A DNA stretch of 64,000 nucleotides, from the NCBI GenBank assembly GCA_964544585.1, contig CAZJBV010000002.1, positions 3,468 to 67,467 of the forward strand. The letters are read 5' to 3'. Of this stretch, positions 29,162 through 38,150 are shown one piece after another. How positions within the stretch are numbered: the first letter of the stretch is position 1; each line of letters opens with the position of its first letter. The stretch comes from an uncultured Gammaproteobacteria bacterium (GTDB lineage Bacteria; Patescibacteriota; Microgenomatia; 2-02-FULL-39-11). A program made the translations under genes and the position numbers. The notes below the pieces were generated by a model, which was not told the DNA's origin, ran no database searches, and was given only the letters and a program-made list of their open reading frames with translations.

Positions 29162-29907
29162 AAAAAGTAATTGTGGTTATGCCTGCTTATAACGCAGAAA
29201 AGACGATTGAGAAGACATACTGGGATATTCCTAAAAATGTCATTTCCGAGGTCATAGTCGTAGATGACGATAGTCGTGACAAAACAGTTGAGATTGCTAA
29301 ACGTCTAAAACTCCCGGTCGTAGTCCACCCCAAAAATCTCGGTTACGGTGGTAATCAAAAGACATGCTATAAAAATGCACTGGAAAGGCATGCTGATATC
29401 GTCGTCATGATTCACCCCGATTATCAATACGACGCCACCCTAACCGTTGACCTAATTAAACCAATTAAAGAAGGAAAAGCAGATATCATGCTTGGAAGCA
29501 GAATCCGCTCGAGACAGGAAGCATTGGCAGGCGGCATGCCATTATATAAATACATCAGTAATAGAGTTCTGACTCTTATCGAAAATATTATTCTCGGCCT
29601 AAACCTTTCCGAATATCACACCGGCTTTAGAGCTTTTAAAAGAGAAGTTTTATATAAACTTCCCCTCAAGAATTTTTCCAATGACTTTGTCTTCGACCAA
29701 GAAATTTTAATTTCTGCCCACGCCGCCGGCTTTAAAATGGGCGAAATCGCAGTCCCAGTTCGCTATTTCAAAGAAGCTTCATCAATAAATTTTATTAAGT
29801 CTGTTGTTTATGGAATAATGATCCTTGCAACATTGGCAAAATTTATTCTATTTAAATTAGGCGTCCCAAGCAATCAATTTAAATTCGCAAAGTCATCGCC
29901 CAAATGA
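29158..29907 (+). CDS. GT2 polyprenyl-phosphate sugar synthase (Dpm1/GtrB/CsbB-like)
   Basis: VIVVMPAYNAEKTIEKT.......EVIVVDDDSRDKT..IA......V.....N.GYGGN....... ..DIVVMIHPDYQYD. 249 aa. 4-nt overlap with the downstream YfhO-like gene. Confidence 0.7.
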   Translation: MKKVIVVMPAYNAEKTIEKTYWDIPKNVISEVIVVDDDSRDKTVEIAKRLKLPVVVHPKNLGYGGNQKTCYKNALERHADIVVMIHPDYQYDATLTVDLIKPIKEGKADIMLGSRIRSRQEALAGGMPLYKYISNRVLTLIENIILGLNLSEYHTGFRAFKREVLYKLPLKNFSNDFVFDQEILISAHAAGFKMGEIAVPVRYFKEASSINFIKSVVYGIMILATLAKFILFKLGVPSNQFKFAKSSPK

Positions 29908-31547
29908 AAAAAGATATTTTCGTTATTATTCTTATTTTTGTCATCTCTTTCTTTACCCTCAAAGACCTTTGGAAGCCCGAATTCTATACTAGTCACGATG
30001 GAGCCCATCAAGTCGTCCGTCTTTACTATTGGGATCAAGCCATCAAGGATGGACATATTCCCCCAAGATGGGTAGGAGGGCTCCTCAATGGTGCGGGTTA
30101 CCCTCTCTTTATTTTTTCCTATCATATGCCTTGGATTATTGCCGAGCCATTCGTCCTGGCAGGCTTTTCTATTATTGAGGCAATAGAGATCACTTTTTTT
30201 CTAGGCTTTGCCCTCTCCGGCACAACCATGTATATTCTTCAAAAGGCGCTTTACGGTCGATTTGGAGCTTTGGTGGGTACAACTATCTATCTTTTTGCTC
30301 CCTACCGCTTCTCCAACATTTTTGTTAGGGGTGCCATAGGCGACGCAACCACTTTTATTTTTATACCACTTTTATTTTTATCTCTCTATAAAATTGTTCA
30401 GGAAAAAAGTATTTCCTGGATTTATGTCACTTTAGGGGCTCTTTCACTTGCCGCCATACTTCTTTCTCACGCCATGGTCTTTCTCTTTATTTTTCTCGCC
30501 ATGTTTTTATTCTTTTTTTATTTTTTACCGCATGCTACCAACAAAAAAATATTTTCTCTAAATACACTCTTTATTATTGCATTTGGTTTTGCCATATCAA
30601 GTTATTACTTTTTACCATCGCTTCTTGAAAGAAATTTAACCATGTTTCCGCAAGTTATAAAACAAGTTTTTAGCGGACAGACATTTCTCACCATTCGCGA
30701 TCTTCTCTACACTCCCTGGGGATATGGTTTACTCGACGCCAAAATTGGTCGCATGTCTTTTCAAGTAGGTATAGCTCAATGGATTGCATTCTTAATAAGT
30801 CTTTTAGTATTGGTTTGGGAAATAATCAAGAGGAAAACAAATAAGCTTGCATTATTTTATGTATTACTATTTTTATTATCCATATTTATGATGCTTGAAA
30901 TATCTTATCCAATCTGGTTATTAATAGAAAAAATTGCCATCATTGATTTTTCCTGGCGTATTCTCCCCTTGACAGTATTTTCCGCATCAGTATTGGCTGG
31001 ATTTATCATTTCAAGATCTCGCATAGGAATTATTTTCGGAATCTTATTAATTTCCCTTGCAGTCTATGGAAACAGAAATCACTTACGCATTAATAAGCCT
31101 CTAGATTGGGATATACCCTTTTATTTAACACTCGAAAAGACTACAAATAGCTACGATGAATATACCCCTCTTTCCGCCCGTCAAGATAAAATAAAGGTAA
31201 AACGGCCCAAAATTGACTTAGTTGGCGTCAAAGGTACTTTTAAAATTTTGAAAAATTCATCAAATAAAGTTCTTGCCGAAGTTAATACCGAAACGAGTGG
31301 ACATGTCAGCATAAATAATATCTACTATCCTGGCTGGGAAATAAAAGTCAACGGTATAAAAACCAATATCTTCGACTATTATGGATTTCTAGGTATCAAC
31401 GTCCCACGAGGATTTTCCAAAATCGAAGCAAAATTTACCGAAACTCCCTTACGAAAGGCAGGTAATATAATTACTCTTGTATCCATGTTATTCTTATTTT
31501 ATAAAGTATTTAGATCATTCAAAAAGAAAAAGAAATTACATGCATAA
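29904..31547 (+). CDS. YfhO-family polytopic membrane protein (GT-C candidate), second copy
   Basis: Multi-TM N-terminal region. C-terminus ..NIYYPGWEIKVNGIKTNIFDYYGFLGINVPRGFSKIEAKF is the YfhO signature. Directly downstream of the CsbB-like GT2, as in csbB-yfhO of Bacillus. Confidence 0.6.
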   Translation: MKKDIFVIILIFVISFFTLKDLWKPEFYTSHDGAHQVVRLYYWDQAIKDGHIPPRWVGGLLNGAGYPLFIFSYHMPWIIAEPFVLAGFSIIEAIEITFFLGFALSGTTMYILQKALYGRFGALVGTTIYLFAPYRFSNIFVRGAIGDATTFIFIPLLFLSLYKIVQEKSISWIYVTLGALSLAAILLSHAMVFLFIFLAMFLFFFYFLPHATNKKIFSLNTLFIIAFGFAISSYYFLPSLLERNLTMFPQVIKQVFSGQTFLTIRDLLYTPWGYGLLDAKIGRMSFQVGIAQWIAFLISLLVLVWEIIKRKTNKLALFYVLLFLLSIFMMLEISYPIWLLIEKIAIIDFSWRILPLTVFSASVLAGFIISRSRIGIIFGILLISLAVYGNRNHLRINKPLDWDIPFYLTLEKTTNSYDEYTPLSARQDKIKVKRPKIDLVGVKGTFKILKNSSNKVLAEVNTETSGHVSINNIYYPGWEIKVNGIKTNIFDYYGFLGINVPRGFSKIEAKFTETPLRKAGNIITLVSMLFLFYKVFRSFKKKKKLHA

Positions 31548-33237
31548 AAAAATATTTTTGTGGATAAACAATCATCGAAAACTTTTGTTAATATTTGCCT
31601 TTATTTTTATAAGTTTTTTAGTTAATTCAATTCACACCCAGTTTCCCGACGAATTCGATAATATATTCGGTGGATACCTCATTAACCAAGGAAAGCTTCC
31701 CTATATTGGTTTTTTCACCCATCACAACCCTGGTGCCTACGTACTAGCATCTTTTATTACCATGTTTACAGAAAGAAGCTTCGTATTTTTCCGAATTATT
31801 TTTTCTTTTATTTTATTTATTTGGTTTGTTGTTAGCTTTTTTATAATTAAAAATAGACTAAAAGACCAAAATCCAATTTATTTTATTCTTTATGGAGTAC
31901 TCATCGCCCTGGGAAGTACATACTGGTGGGGACAAATGTTATTGTCAGAAACGATCGTCGGCCACCTTCTAGTTCCCGTAATGCTTATTATGATTGGCAA
32001 GGATCTCATGCAAATTCGATTTGATATAAAAGATATATGGATAATATCTCTTCTTACATTCTTGTCTCTTTTTACATCCCTCACCTATATTTATTTTATT
32101 CCTTTTGTATTACTAATTACTTTTTATTTTTATTTAAGGGATAATAAACCCTTTACCCCCAAAAACATAATTACCCCACTTATTATATTCACTTTCCCTT
32201 ATCTTATCTTTTTTATATACCTTATCTTAACAGGATCATTATTTGAGTTTTATTTTGCCTCAATTTATTACAACGTAAATTATTATATTTACAATTTCCC
32301 CAAGGTTGCAGGTATACATTCACACCACCCTGTTCGATACGCCATCTCAATTGCCAGAAATTCCATAGATGGCATTTCGGCTCTTCTTACCCAAATTCCT
32401 TCATTCAATCTCTCTTATCCCATGAACATTTCTCTAGCCCTAGGAAATCTCATCGCCATTATTTATTTTCTCCTAAAACGTCGCTTTGGCCTGACTTTAC
32501 TCTTAACTAGCATGATGATATATACAAACGCCAGAAGCGAGCCACTCAATATTCATGAAACCGATTTTCATGCCACCGTGTATATCATGCTCACCATCGC
32601 CACCACTATGTATATTTTTTCTAAAATAAAAAATGATTTAGATAAAAAGTATCCTTTTTCATTTAAAAGCATTTTTGCCTTCTTATTTATTCTTGGCGGA
32701 GTATACTGGCTTTTTGCCGCCATGTTTTGGGGCAATAGTTTTATGAATAAAGCCTATGATAAATTAATGGGTAATGCTCCTCTTATTTACGATAGACCTC
32801 AAACTGGACGCATACTAAACACACTCCTTACCAAAGATGATTATTATTGGATAGGACCCTTTGAACTCCAGGAACTATTATTTATAAATGGTCAACAGGC
32901 ATCAAAATACTTTTGGTTTCTTCCCGCCAACAGTCGCGATGAAAAAATTAAAAGGGAAATAATTGCCGATTTTGACAAAACCAAACCAAAAGTCATCCTC
33001 TTTAAAGATTGGTGGTCTAATTTTGGCGTCACACCGGAACAGTTCAACACAACGATTGTCACTTACCTTGACAAAAATTATTTCCAGTTAGAAGATCTCA
33101 AAAACGAAGGTTTAGAATTTACCGTAAATATGCCCCGCGAAAGAGATTTCGATTTTGAGAATGAACTCTATTTTAGAAAAGATCAAAAAGAAAAAATAGT
33201 CGCCGAATTATTTTCTAAAAATTTAATTCAAAAATAG
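31540..33237 (+). CDS. Polytopic membrane protein, hypothetical (N-terminal about 400 aa TM-rich, soluble C-terminal domain)
   Basis: ORF. ATG at 31540 overlaps the previous stop (ATGCATAA). The ORF track extends in-frame to 31477, but that would overlap the upstream gene by 70 nt. Confidence 0.4.
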   Translation: MHKKIFLWINNHRKLLLIFAFIFISFLVNSIHTQFPDEFDNIFGGYLINQGKLPYIGFFTHHNPGAYVLASFITMFTERSFVFFRIIFSFILFIWFVVSFFIIKNRLKDQNPIYFILYGVLIALGSTYWWGQMLLSETIVGHLLVPVMLIMIGKDLMQIRFDIKDIWIISLLTFLSLFTSLTYIYFIPFVLLITFYFYLRDNKPFTPKNIITPLIIFTFPYLIFFIYLILTGSLFEFYFASIYYNVNYYIYNFPKVAGIHSHHPVRYAISIARNSIDGISALLTQIPSFNLSYPMNISLALGNLIAIIYFLLKRRFGLTLLLTSMMIYTNARSEPLNIHETDFHATVYIMLTIATTMYIFSKIKNDLDKKYPFSFKSIFAFLFILGGVYWLFAAMFWGNSFMNKAYDKLMGNAPLIYDRPQTGRILNTLLTKDDYYWIGPFELQELLFINGQQASKYFWFLPANSRDEKIKREIIADFDKTKPKVILFKDWWSNFGVTPEQFNTTIVTYLDKNYFQLEDLKNEGLEFTVNMPRERDFDFENELYFRKDQKEKIVAELFSKNLIQK

Positions 33238-33276
33238 TTCTATAAACAAACTGATTAAGACAAAATTGACTTAAAA

Positions 33277-33377
33277 CACCTCGGACCTGCCTGCCGCCCT
33301 GCCTGCCGGCAGGCAGGGCAGGCAGGTTGGTGGCCCGCCAGCAACTGCGTAGCTGTGGGCGGGACTCCTCCGAGGTG
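33277..33377. repeat. GC-rich nested palindromic element (type 2, longest copy), intergenic, ending 15 nt before the start codon
   Basis: Identical to 26669-26730 over the first 62 nt, then diverges, and re-converges at GGGACTCCTCCGAGGTGG. Followed by AGGAATCAAAACTCATGAAAAT. Confidence 0.9.
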
Positions 33378-33392
33378 GAGGAATCAAAACTC

Positions 33393-34181
33393 ATGAAAAT
33401 TTCAGTTGCAATAGCCACATACAACGAGGAACAAAACATCGGTAGATGTCTCAAAAGCGTTGCCGATTGGGTTTCCGAAATTGTAGTCGTTGATGGAGGA
33501 TCCACCGATAAAACTAGAGAAATAGCCAGGCAGTACAAAGCAAGAGTCATCAAAACAGATAACCCACCCATATTTCATATTAATAAAAATAAGGCCATAG
33601 ACGCATGTCGGGGAGACTGGATATTACAGCTTGACGCCGACGAAGTAGTCACGCCTCCCTTAAAAGAAGAAATACTCAAAACGATCAACAATCGGTTTGA
33701 TGGTTTCTGGCTTCCCCGCAAAAACTTTTTTTTAGGGAAATTTTTGACCAAAGGAGGTCAATATCCCGACTACACTCTTCGGCTTTATAGAAAAGGTAAA
33801 GGCAAACTCCCAGCCAAATCAGTCCATGAACAAGCCGCTATCGTTGGGGAAGTTGGCTTTTTACATAACCCCTTGGAGCATTTCCCTTATCCAGATTTTT
33901 CTCATTACCTGGATCATTTCAACCGCTACACTACTATCCTTGCGACTGAATTTGCCAGCCAAAATGTTTCTTTAAACTTTTTAAATACGATTATTTATAT
34001 GTTCATAAAGCCCAAATTATGGTTTTTGTCTACATATTTAAGGCATAAAGGATTTATAGACGGATTTCCGGGATTGGTTTTTTCATTCTTTTCTGCTCTT
34101 CGATTTCCCACAGCCTATATCAAATATTGGGAAATGTCGGTCAAAGGCCGATCCGCCTTTGGCGGAAATAAAAAGGCATGA
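33393..34181 (+). CDS. Family 2 glycosyltransferase (GT2), paralog of 5016 and 6829
   Basis: MKISVAIATYNEEQNIGRCLKSVADWVSEIVVVDGGSTDKT and LQLDADEVV. The start is taken at the Met just after the palindromic element. The ORF track's 33327 start lies inside the element. Confidence 0.75.
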   Translation: MKISVAIATYNEEQNIGRCLKSVADWVSEIVVVDGGSTDKTREIARQYKARVIKTDNPPIFHINKNKAIDACRGDWILQLDADEVVTPPLKEEILKTINNRFDGFWLPRKNFFLGKFLTKGGQYPDYTLRLYRKGKGKLPAKSVHEQAAIVGEVGFLHNPLEHFPYPDFSHYLDHFNRYTTILATEFASQNVSLNFLNTIIYMFIKPKLWFLSTYLRHKGFIDGFPGLVFSFFSALRFPTAYIKYWEMSVKGRSAFGGNKKA

Positions 34182-35170
34182 AAGTTGCACTTATCAAGCC
34201 CCCCCTGATTGGCCATACAATGCGTGGCACCGGAAAATATACCACAGAATTATTCAAAGCCCTCAAAAAACAAAATATTGATATCGATCTGGTTGAATAT
34301 CATTCCAACCTCAATTCCTTTGACCTGGTTCACTACCCCTATTTTGACCCCTTTTTTCTTACACTTCCATTATTTAAAAAAAGACCAACAATTGTCACAG
34401 TCCACGATCTTATTCCTCTTGTCTTTCCAGAGCATTTCCCTAAAGGCATAAAAGGTAACATAAAATGGCAAATGCAAAAGTTTGCCTTAAAAAACGTAGA
34501 CGAAATAATAACTGATTCAAATGCATCCAAAAAAGATATTATCAGACTCATCCCATACCCTGAAAATAAGATCAATGTTATTTATCTTGGTGTAGGCAAG
34601 GAGTTCAGGCAAATTAAAGACTCAGCAATCCTTTCCAAAACAAAAAATAAATATTCATTGCCAGATCAGTTTATACTTTACGTTGGAGATCGAAATTATA
34701 ATAAAAATGTAGATGGCCTTTTAATGGCTTTCCAGAAGATTGCAAAAGATTATTCCAATATTTATTTGGTATTAATCGGCAAAGGCTTCACTGATCTTCA
34801 AACCCCACCGCATGTTCTCAAATTTCATTCATTAACAAGCGAGGAGATGGTACACATATATAATCTTTCCAGAGCATACATTCAACCATCTTTTGCCGAA
34901 GGTTTTGGTTTACCGGTATTGGAGGCAATGGCTTGCGGCTGTCCCACAGTAGTCAGCAATACCTCAAGTCTTTCTGAAATAAAGGCTCCCAAATCAGTTT
35001 TAATCGATCCAAAAAATGTCGAAAGCATAAAGAGAGGAATTATAAAAGTATTAACAAGTAGTCCACAGCAAATTAACGAAATAATAATTGATGGTCTAAA
35101 AAACGCCCAACAATTTTCCTGGGATAAATGCGCCCAAGAAACAATCAAAATATATAAGATATATGTTTAA
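34178..35170 (+). CDS. Family 4 glycosyltransferase (GT4)
   Basis: ..FAEGFGLPVLEAMACGCPTVVSNTSSLSEI C-terminal GT-B motif. Confidence 0.8.
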   Translation: MKVALIKPPLIGHTMRGTGKYTTELFKALKKQNIDIDLVEYHSNLNSFDLVHYPYFDPFFLTLPLFKKRPTIVTVHDLIPLVFPEHFPKGIKGNIKWQMQKFALKNVDEIITDSNASKKDIIRLIPYPENKINVIYLGVGKEFRQIKDSAILSKTKNKYSLPDQFILYVGDRNYNKNVDGLLMAFQKIAKDYSNIYLVLIGKGFTDLQTPPHVLKFHSLTSEEMVHIYNLSRAYIQPSFAEGFGLPVLEAMACGCPTVVSNTSSLSEIKAPKSVLIDPKNVESIKRGIIKVLTSSPQQINEIIIDGLKNAQQFSWDKCAQETIKIYKIYV

Positions 35171-36311
35171 GCGGATTTTATTAGTATTTAGCATCTGGAG
35201 AATATTACTTTTCCTGCTAGCTTATTTGGCTACTTTTATTTTACCCTTTACACCCCGCTTTCCCTATTCAGAAGCGCTTCTTATTCCATCCCTACTCCCT
35301 CCTTGGATATGGAGCTTTGCCAATTTTGATGGGGTACACTATATTACCATCGCCACCCGAGGTTATAGCGCCCAGTTTACTCAAGTATTTTTCCCCTTAT
35401 ACCCACTCCTTATTAGTCCAATTGTTTATTTATTTTCAGACAAATTCGCCATCATTTCAGGTTTAATAATTTCCAATTTAGCCTTCTTGCTATCTCTTTA
35501 CTTATTTACCAAACTAATTCTTCTTGACTATAGTCCAAAAATAATGTTTTGGACTCTCATATTTTTATTGACATTTCCTACTTCTTTCTATTTTGGCGGA
35601 CTCTACTCCGAAAGCTTATTTTTTCTTTTTATAATTGGTAGTTTTTACGCCGCCCGAAAAAAAAGGTGGTGGTTGGCAGGAATATTGGGTGCGCTAGCAA
35701 GTGCCACCCGTCTAGTAGGTATATTTTTACTCCCCGCACTATTATGGGAATATTATCATCAAAATAAAATAAAAAATAAAAATCTTTTATCTTTTATCTT
35801 TTATCTTTTATCTTCTCCAATTTTATATCTCGTTCCCCTCGGACTAATAAGCTATATGTTATATTTGCAACTAGCCTTCGGCGACTGGCTCTATTTCTGG
35901 CATATCCAACCGATCTTCGGTGCCGAAAGAAGTGGTACTAGCATAATCCTACTTCCACAAGTATTTTTTCGTTATCTAAAAATTCTTCTTTCAGTTCCTT
36001 TCACCATTGAATCGTTTTTTATTCCCCTTACCGAATTATTATCAACTACATTGGCCATCATGTTACTTTTCGTCGCTTGGAAAAAACGAGTCAGAATTTC
36101 TTATATTATCTTTTCATCTCTTGCCGTGTTAGTACCTACTTTGACTGGAACATTTTCCAGTATGCCCAGATACATTCTCATAGCTTTCCCCCTTTATATT
36201 GTTTTAGGATCAATAAAATCTCCCTTCGTAAAGATAATTTTACTAACTGTCGCAAGCCTCCTTTTAGGATTTTTGCTAATCCTATTTACTAGAGGTACAT
36301 GGGTGGCGTAA
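35163..36311 (+). CDS. Polytopic membrane glycosyltransferase candidate (GT-C; PIG-V/DUF2029-like mannosyltransferase family)
   Basis: ..W.W.FANFDGVHYITIATRGY motif near the N-terminus, resembling the 'FD..HY..IA..GY' box of PIG-V/DUF2029 proteins. About 10 TM. Contains a (TTTTATC)n tract. Confidence 0.4.
   Translation: MFKRILLVFSIWRILLFLLAYLATFILPFTPRFPYSEALLIPSLLPPWIWSFANFDGVHYITIATRGYSAQFTQVFFPLYPLLISPIVYLFSDKFAIISGLIISNLAFLLSLYLFTKLILLDYSPKIMFWTLIFLLTFPTSFYFGGLYSESLFFLFIIGSFYAARKKRWWLAGILGALASATRLVGIFLLPALLWEYYHQNKIKNKNLLSFIFYLLSSPILYLVPLGLISYMLYLQLAFGDWLYFWHIQPIFGAERSGTSIILLPQVFFRYLKILLSVPFTIESFFIPLTELLSTTLAIMLLFVAWKKRVRISYIIFSSLAVLVPTLTGTFSSMPRYILIAFPLYIVLGSIKSPFVKIILLTVASLLLGFLLILFTRGTWVA
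35782..35814 (+). repeat. (TTTTATC)n heptanucleotide tract, about 4.5 units, inside the CDS, encoding NLLSFIFYLLSS
   Basis: atcttttatcttttatcttttatcttttatcttc read directly. Confidence 0.85.
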
Positions 36312-36320
36312 AATGGCAGC

Positions 36321-37001
36321 ATGAAATTATTAATAGCCATCCCGGCCTACAACGAAGAATCAACTATCAGAAAAGTAATTAAATCTATTCCTCCAAAAAT
36401 AAAAGACATAAAAAAGATAGAGACTATTATCATAGATGACGGCTCTGAAGATAACACGGGAAAAGTAGCAGAAAAATATGGGGCAATAGTCTTAAGACAC
36501 CTAATCAATAGGGGATTGGGAGGAGCCATCGCCACTGCCTTAGAGTATGCAAAGATCAATAATTATGACTTACTCATTACCCTGGACGCTGATGGACAAC
36601 ATGAACCCAAAGATATTCCTATATTTATAAACTCAATTAGAGTCAACAAAAATGATGTAGTTATCGGCTCGCGATGGTTGAATGGTAGCGATGCACCCCT
36701 GTCGAGAATCTTTATAAATAAAATAGCCAATTTCCTTACTTTTTTTCTTTGCGGCGTATTTTCTACCGATTCGCAGTCTGGTTATCGCGCATTTAGTAAA
36801 AATGCAATTCAGAAAGTCAATCTCCACACCAGCGGTATGGAAGTATCAAGCGAAATATTTAGTGAAATTTATAAAAATAAGTTAAAATATGGTGAAGTAC
36901 CGATAAAGGCAATTTACACTAAATATTCAAAAGCCAAAGGACAACGTTTGTCTGATGCTCCGGATGTTTTAATTCGTTTAATAATAAGAATTTTAAGTTA
37001 G
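36321..37001 (+). CDS. GT2 polyprenyl-phosphate sugar synthase (Dpm1/GtrB-like), second copy
   Basis: LLIAIPAYNEESTIRKVI.......IIIDDGSEDNTGKVAEKYGA.V.RH..N.GLGGA......A......LLITLDADGQHEP. Confidence 0.7.
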   Translation: MKLLIAIPAYNEESTIRKVIKSIPPKIKDIKKIETIIIDDGSEDNTGKVAEKYGAIVLRHLINRGLGGAIATALEYAKINNYDLLITLDADGQHEPKDIPIFINSIRVNKNDVVIGSRWLNGSDAPLSRIFINKIANFLTFFLCGVFSTDSQSGYRAFSKNAIQKVNLHTSGMEVSSEIFSEIYKNKLKYGEVPIKAIYTKYSKAKGQRLSDAPDVLIRLIIRILS

Positions 37002-37006
37002 ATACT

Positions 37007-37363
37007 ATGACGCTAACTCAAATTGTTTTAACCCTCTTTCTCATATTTGCCTTAAGTAGGGTGATACTCAGGTACCAAAGCAAAGAAGTATCTTTCCGTG
37101 GGCTTATATTTTGGACTTGTGTTTTTGGCTTGGCCATAATTGCCGAGCTCTTTCCCAATATCACTACCGAAATTGCCAAAATGTTAGGAATCACCAGAGG
37201 AGTCGACGCCGTAGTTTATACATCCATTGCTCTTTTATTTTATCTTGTATTTAGGCTCTATGTTTACTTAGAGGATATCAGAAAAGAAATTACCGCCCTA
37301 ATAAGAATGATAGCCATAAAAGATAAGTCTTCGCATGATCACAAAAAATCTTCCCAAAATTAG
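37007..37363 (+). CDS. DUF2304 family small membrane protein (usual partner of Dpm1-like GT2s; possible GtrA-like accessory)
   Basis: 118 aa, two TM helices separated by ..FPNIT.EIAKMLGI.RGVDAV.. Located 6 nt downstream of the Dpm1-like GT2. Confidence 0.55.
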   Translation: MTLTQIVLTLFLIFALSRVILRYQSKEVSFRGLIFWTCVFGLAIIAELFPNITTEIAKMLGITRGVDAVVYTSIALLFYLVFRLYVYLEDIRKEITALIRMIAIKDKSSHDHKKSSQN

Positions 37364-38150
37364 CATCATCACTCCCTCATACAACCAAGGAACATTGATA
37401 GAGGAGACTATTAAGTCGGTCCTATCTCAAAAGTATCAAAATCTAGAATATATCATCATCGATGCTCTATCAACAGATGGAACACTTAATATCCTAAAAA
37501 AATATCAAAAATATATTATTTGGAAGAGGGAATTAGATTCTGGCCAGTCAGATGCTCTCAACAAAGGTCTAAAGATGGCTACAGGCGAAATAATCGGATT
37601 TCTCAATGCAGACGATATCTATCTTCCGGAGGCACTAAACACCGTTGCTTCCTATTTTAAAAGTGAAAAAAATATTATGTGGGCCATAGGCGGTTGTGAA
37701 ATTATTGATGATAAAGGGAAAAAGACAAGAAATATAGTCAAATTATGGAAAGACTTTTGCTGGCAAATTGCCAGAGCTTCTAATTTAGAGCAATCAATTC
37801 TTCTTATTCTTAATTACATACCCCAACCGTCTACATTTTGGAGGAAAAATTCAGTAGGCGCATCAAATATATTTGACCAGAAATTAAAATTCACCATGGA
37901 TTATGATTTGTGGTTACGATTGGGAAGGCGATATACTCCGGGAATGATTAAGTATAATCTTGCCGCATTTCGCATCCATAAAGATTCTAAAGGGTCAAAG
38001 TTTTACCCAGCACAGATGCAAGAAGGATTAAAAGTGGCTAGTCGCTATACAAATTCAAAAGCCATTCTCTCTTTACACAAGCTCCATGATAAAGGTACAA
38101 TTGGTCTCTACAAAATATTTAATCAGGAACTCATTTCACAACATGGATAA
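37335..38150 (+). CDS. Family 2 glycosyltransferase (GT2)
   Basis: KISIITPSYNQGTLIEETIKSVLSQKY.NLEYIIIDALSTDGT. Confidence 0.8.
   Translation: MITKNLPKISIITPSYNQGTLIEETIKSVLSQKYQNLEYIIIDALSTDGTLNILKKYQKYIIWKRELDSGQSDALNKGLKMATGEIIGFLNADDIYLPEALNTVASYFKSEKNIMWAIGGCEIIDDKGKKTRNIVKLWKDFCWQIARASNLEQSILLILNYIPQPSTFWRKNSVGASNIFDQKLKFTMDYDLWLRLGRRYTPGMIKYNLAAFRIHKDSKGSKFYPAQMQEGLKVASRYTNSKAILSLHKLHDKGTIGLYKIFNQELISQHG

Noticed and set aside
33327-33392. ORF-track start of the GT2 at 33327 (MVARQQLRSCGRDSSEVEESKL..)
   Set aside because: Those codons are the palindromic element itself read through. The conserved GT2 N-terminus begins at the Met at 33393, which is preceded by GGAGG.
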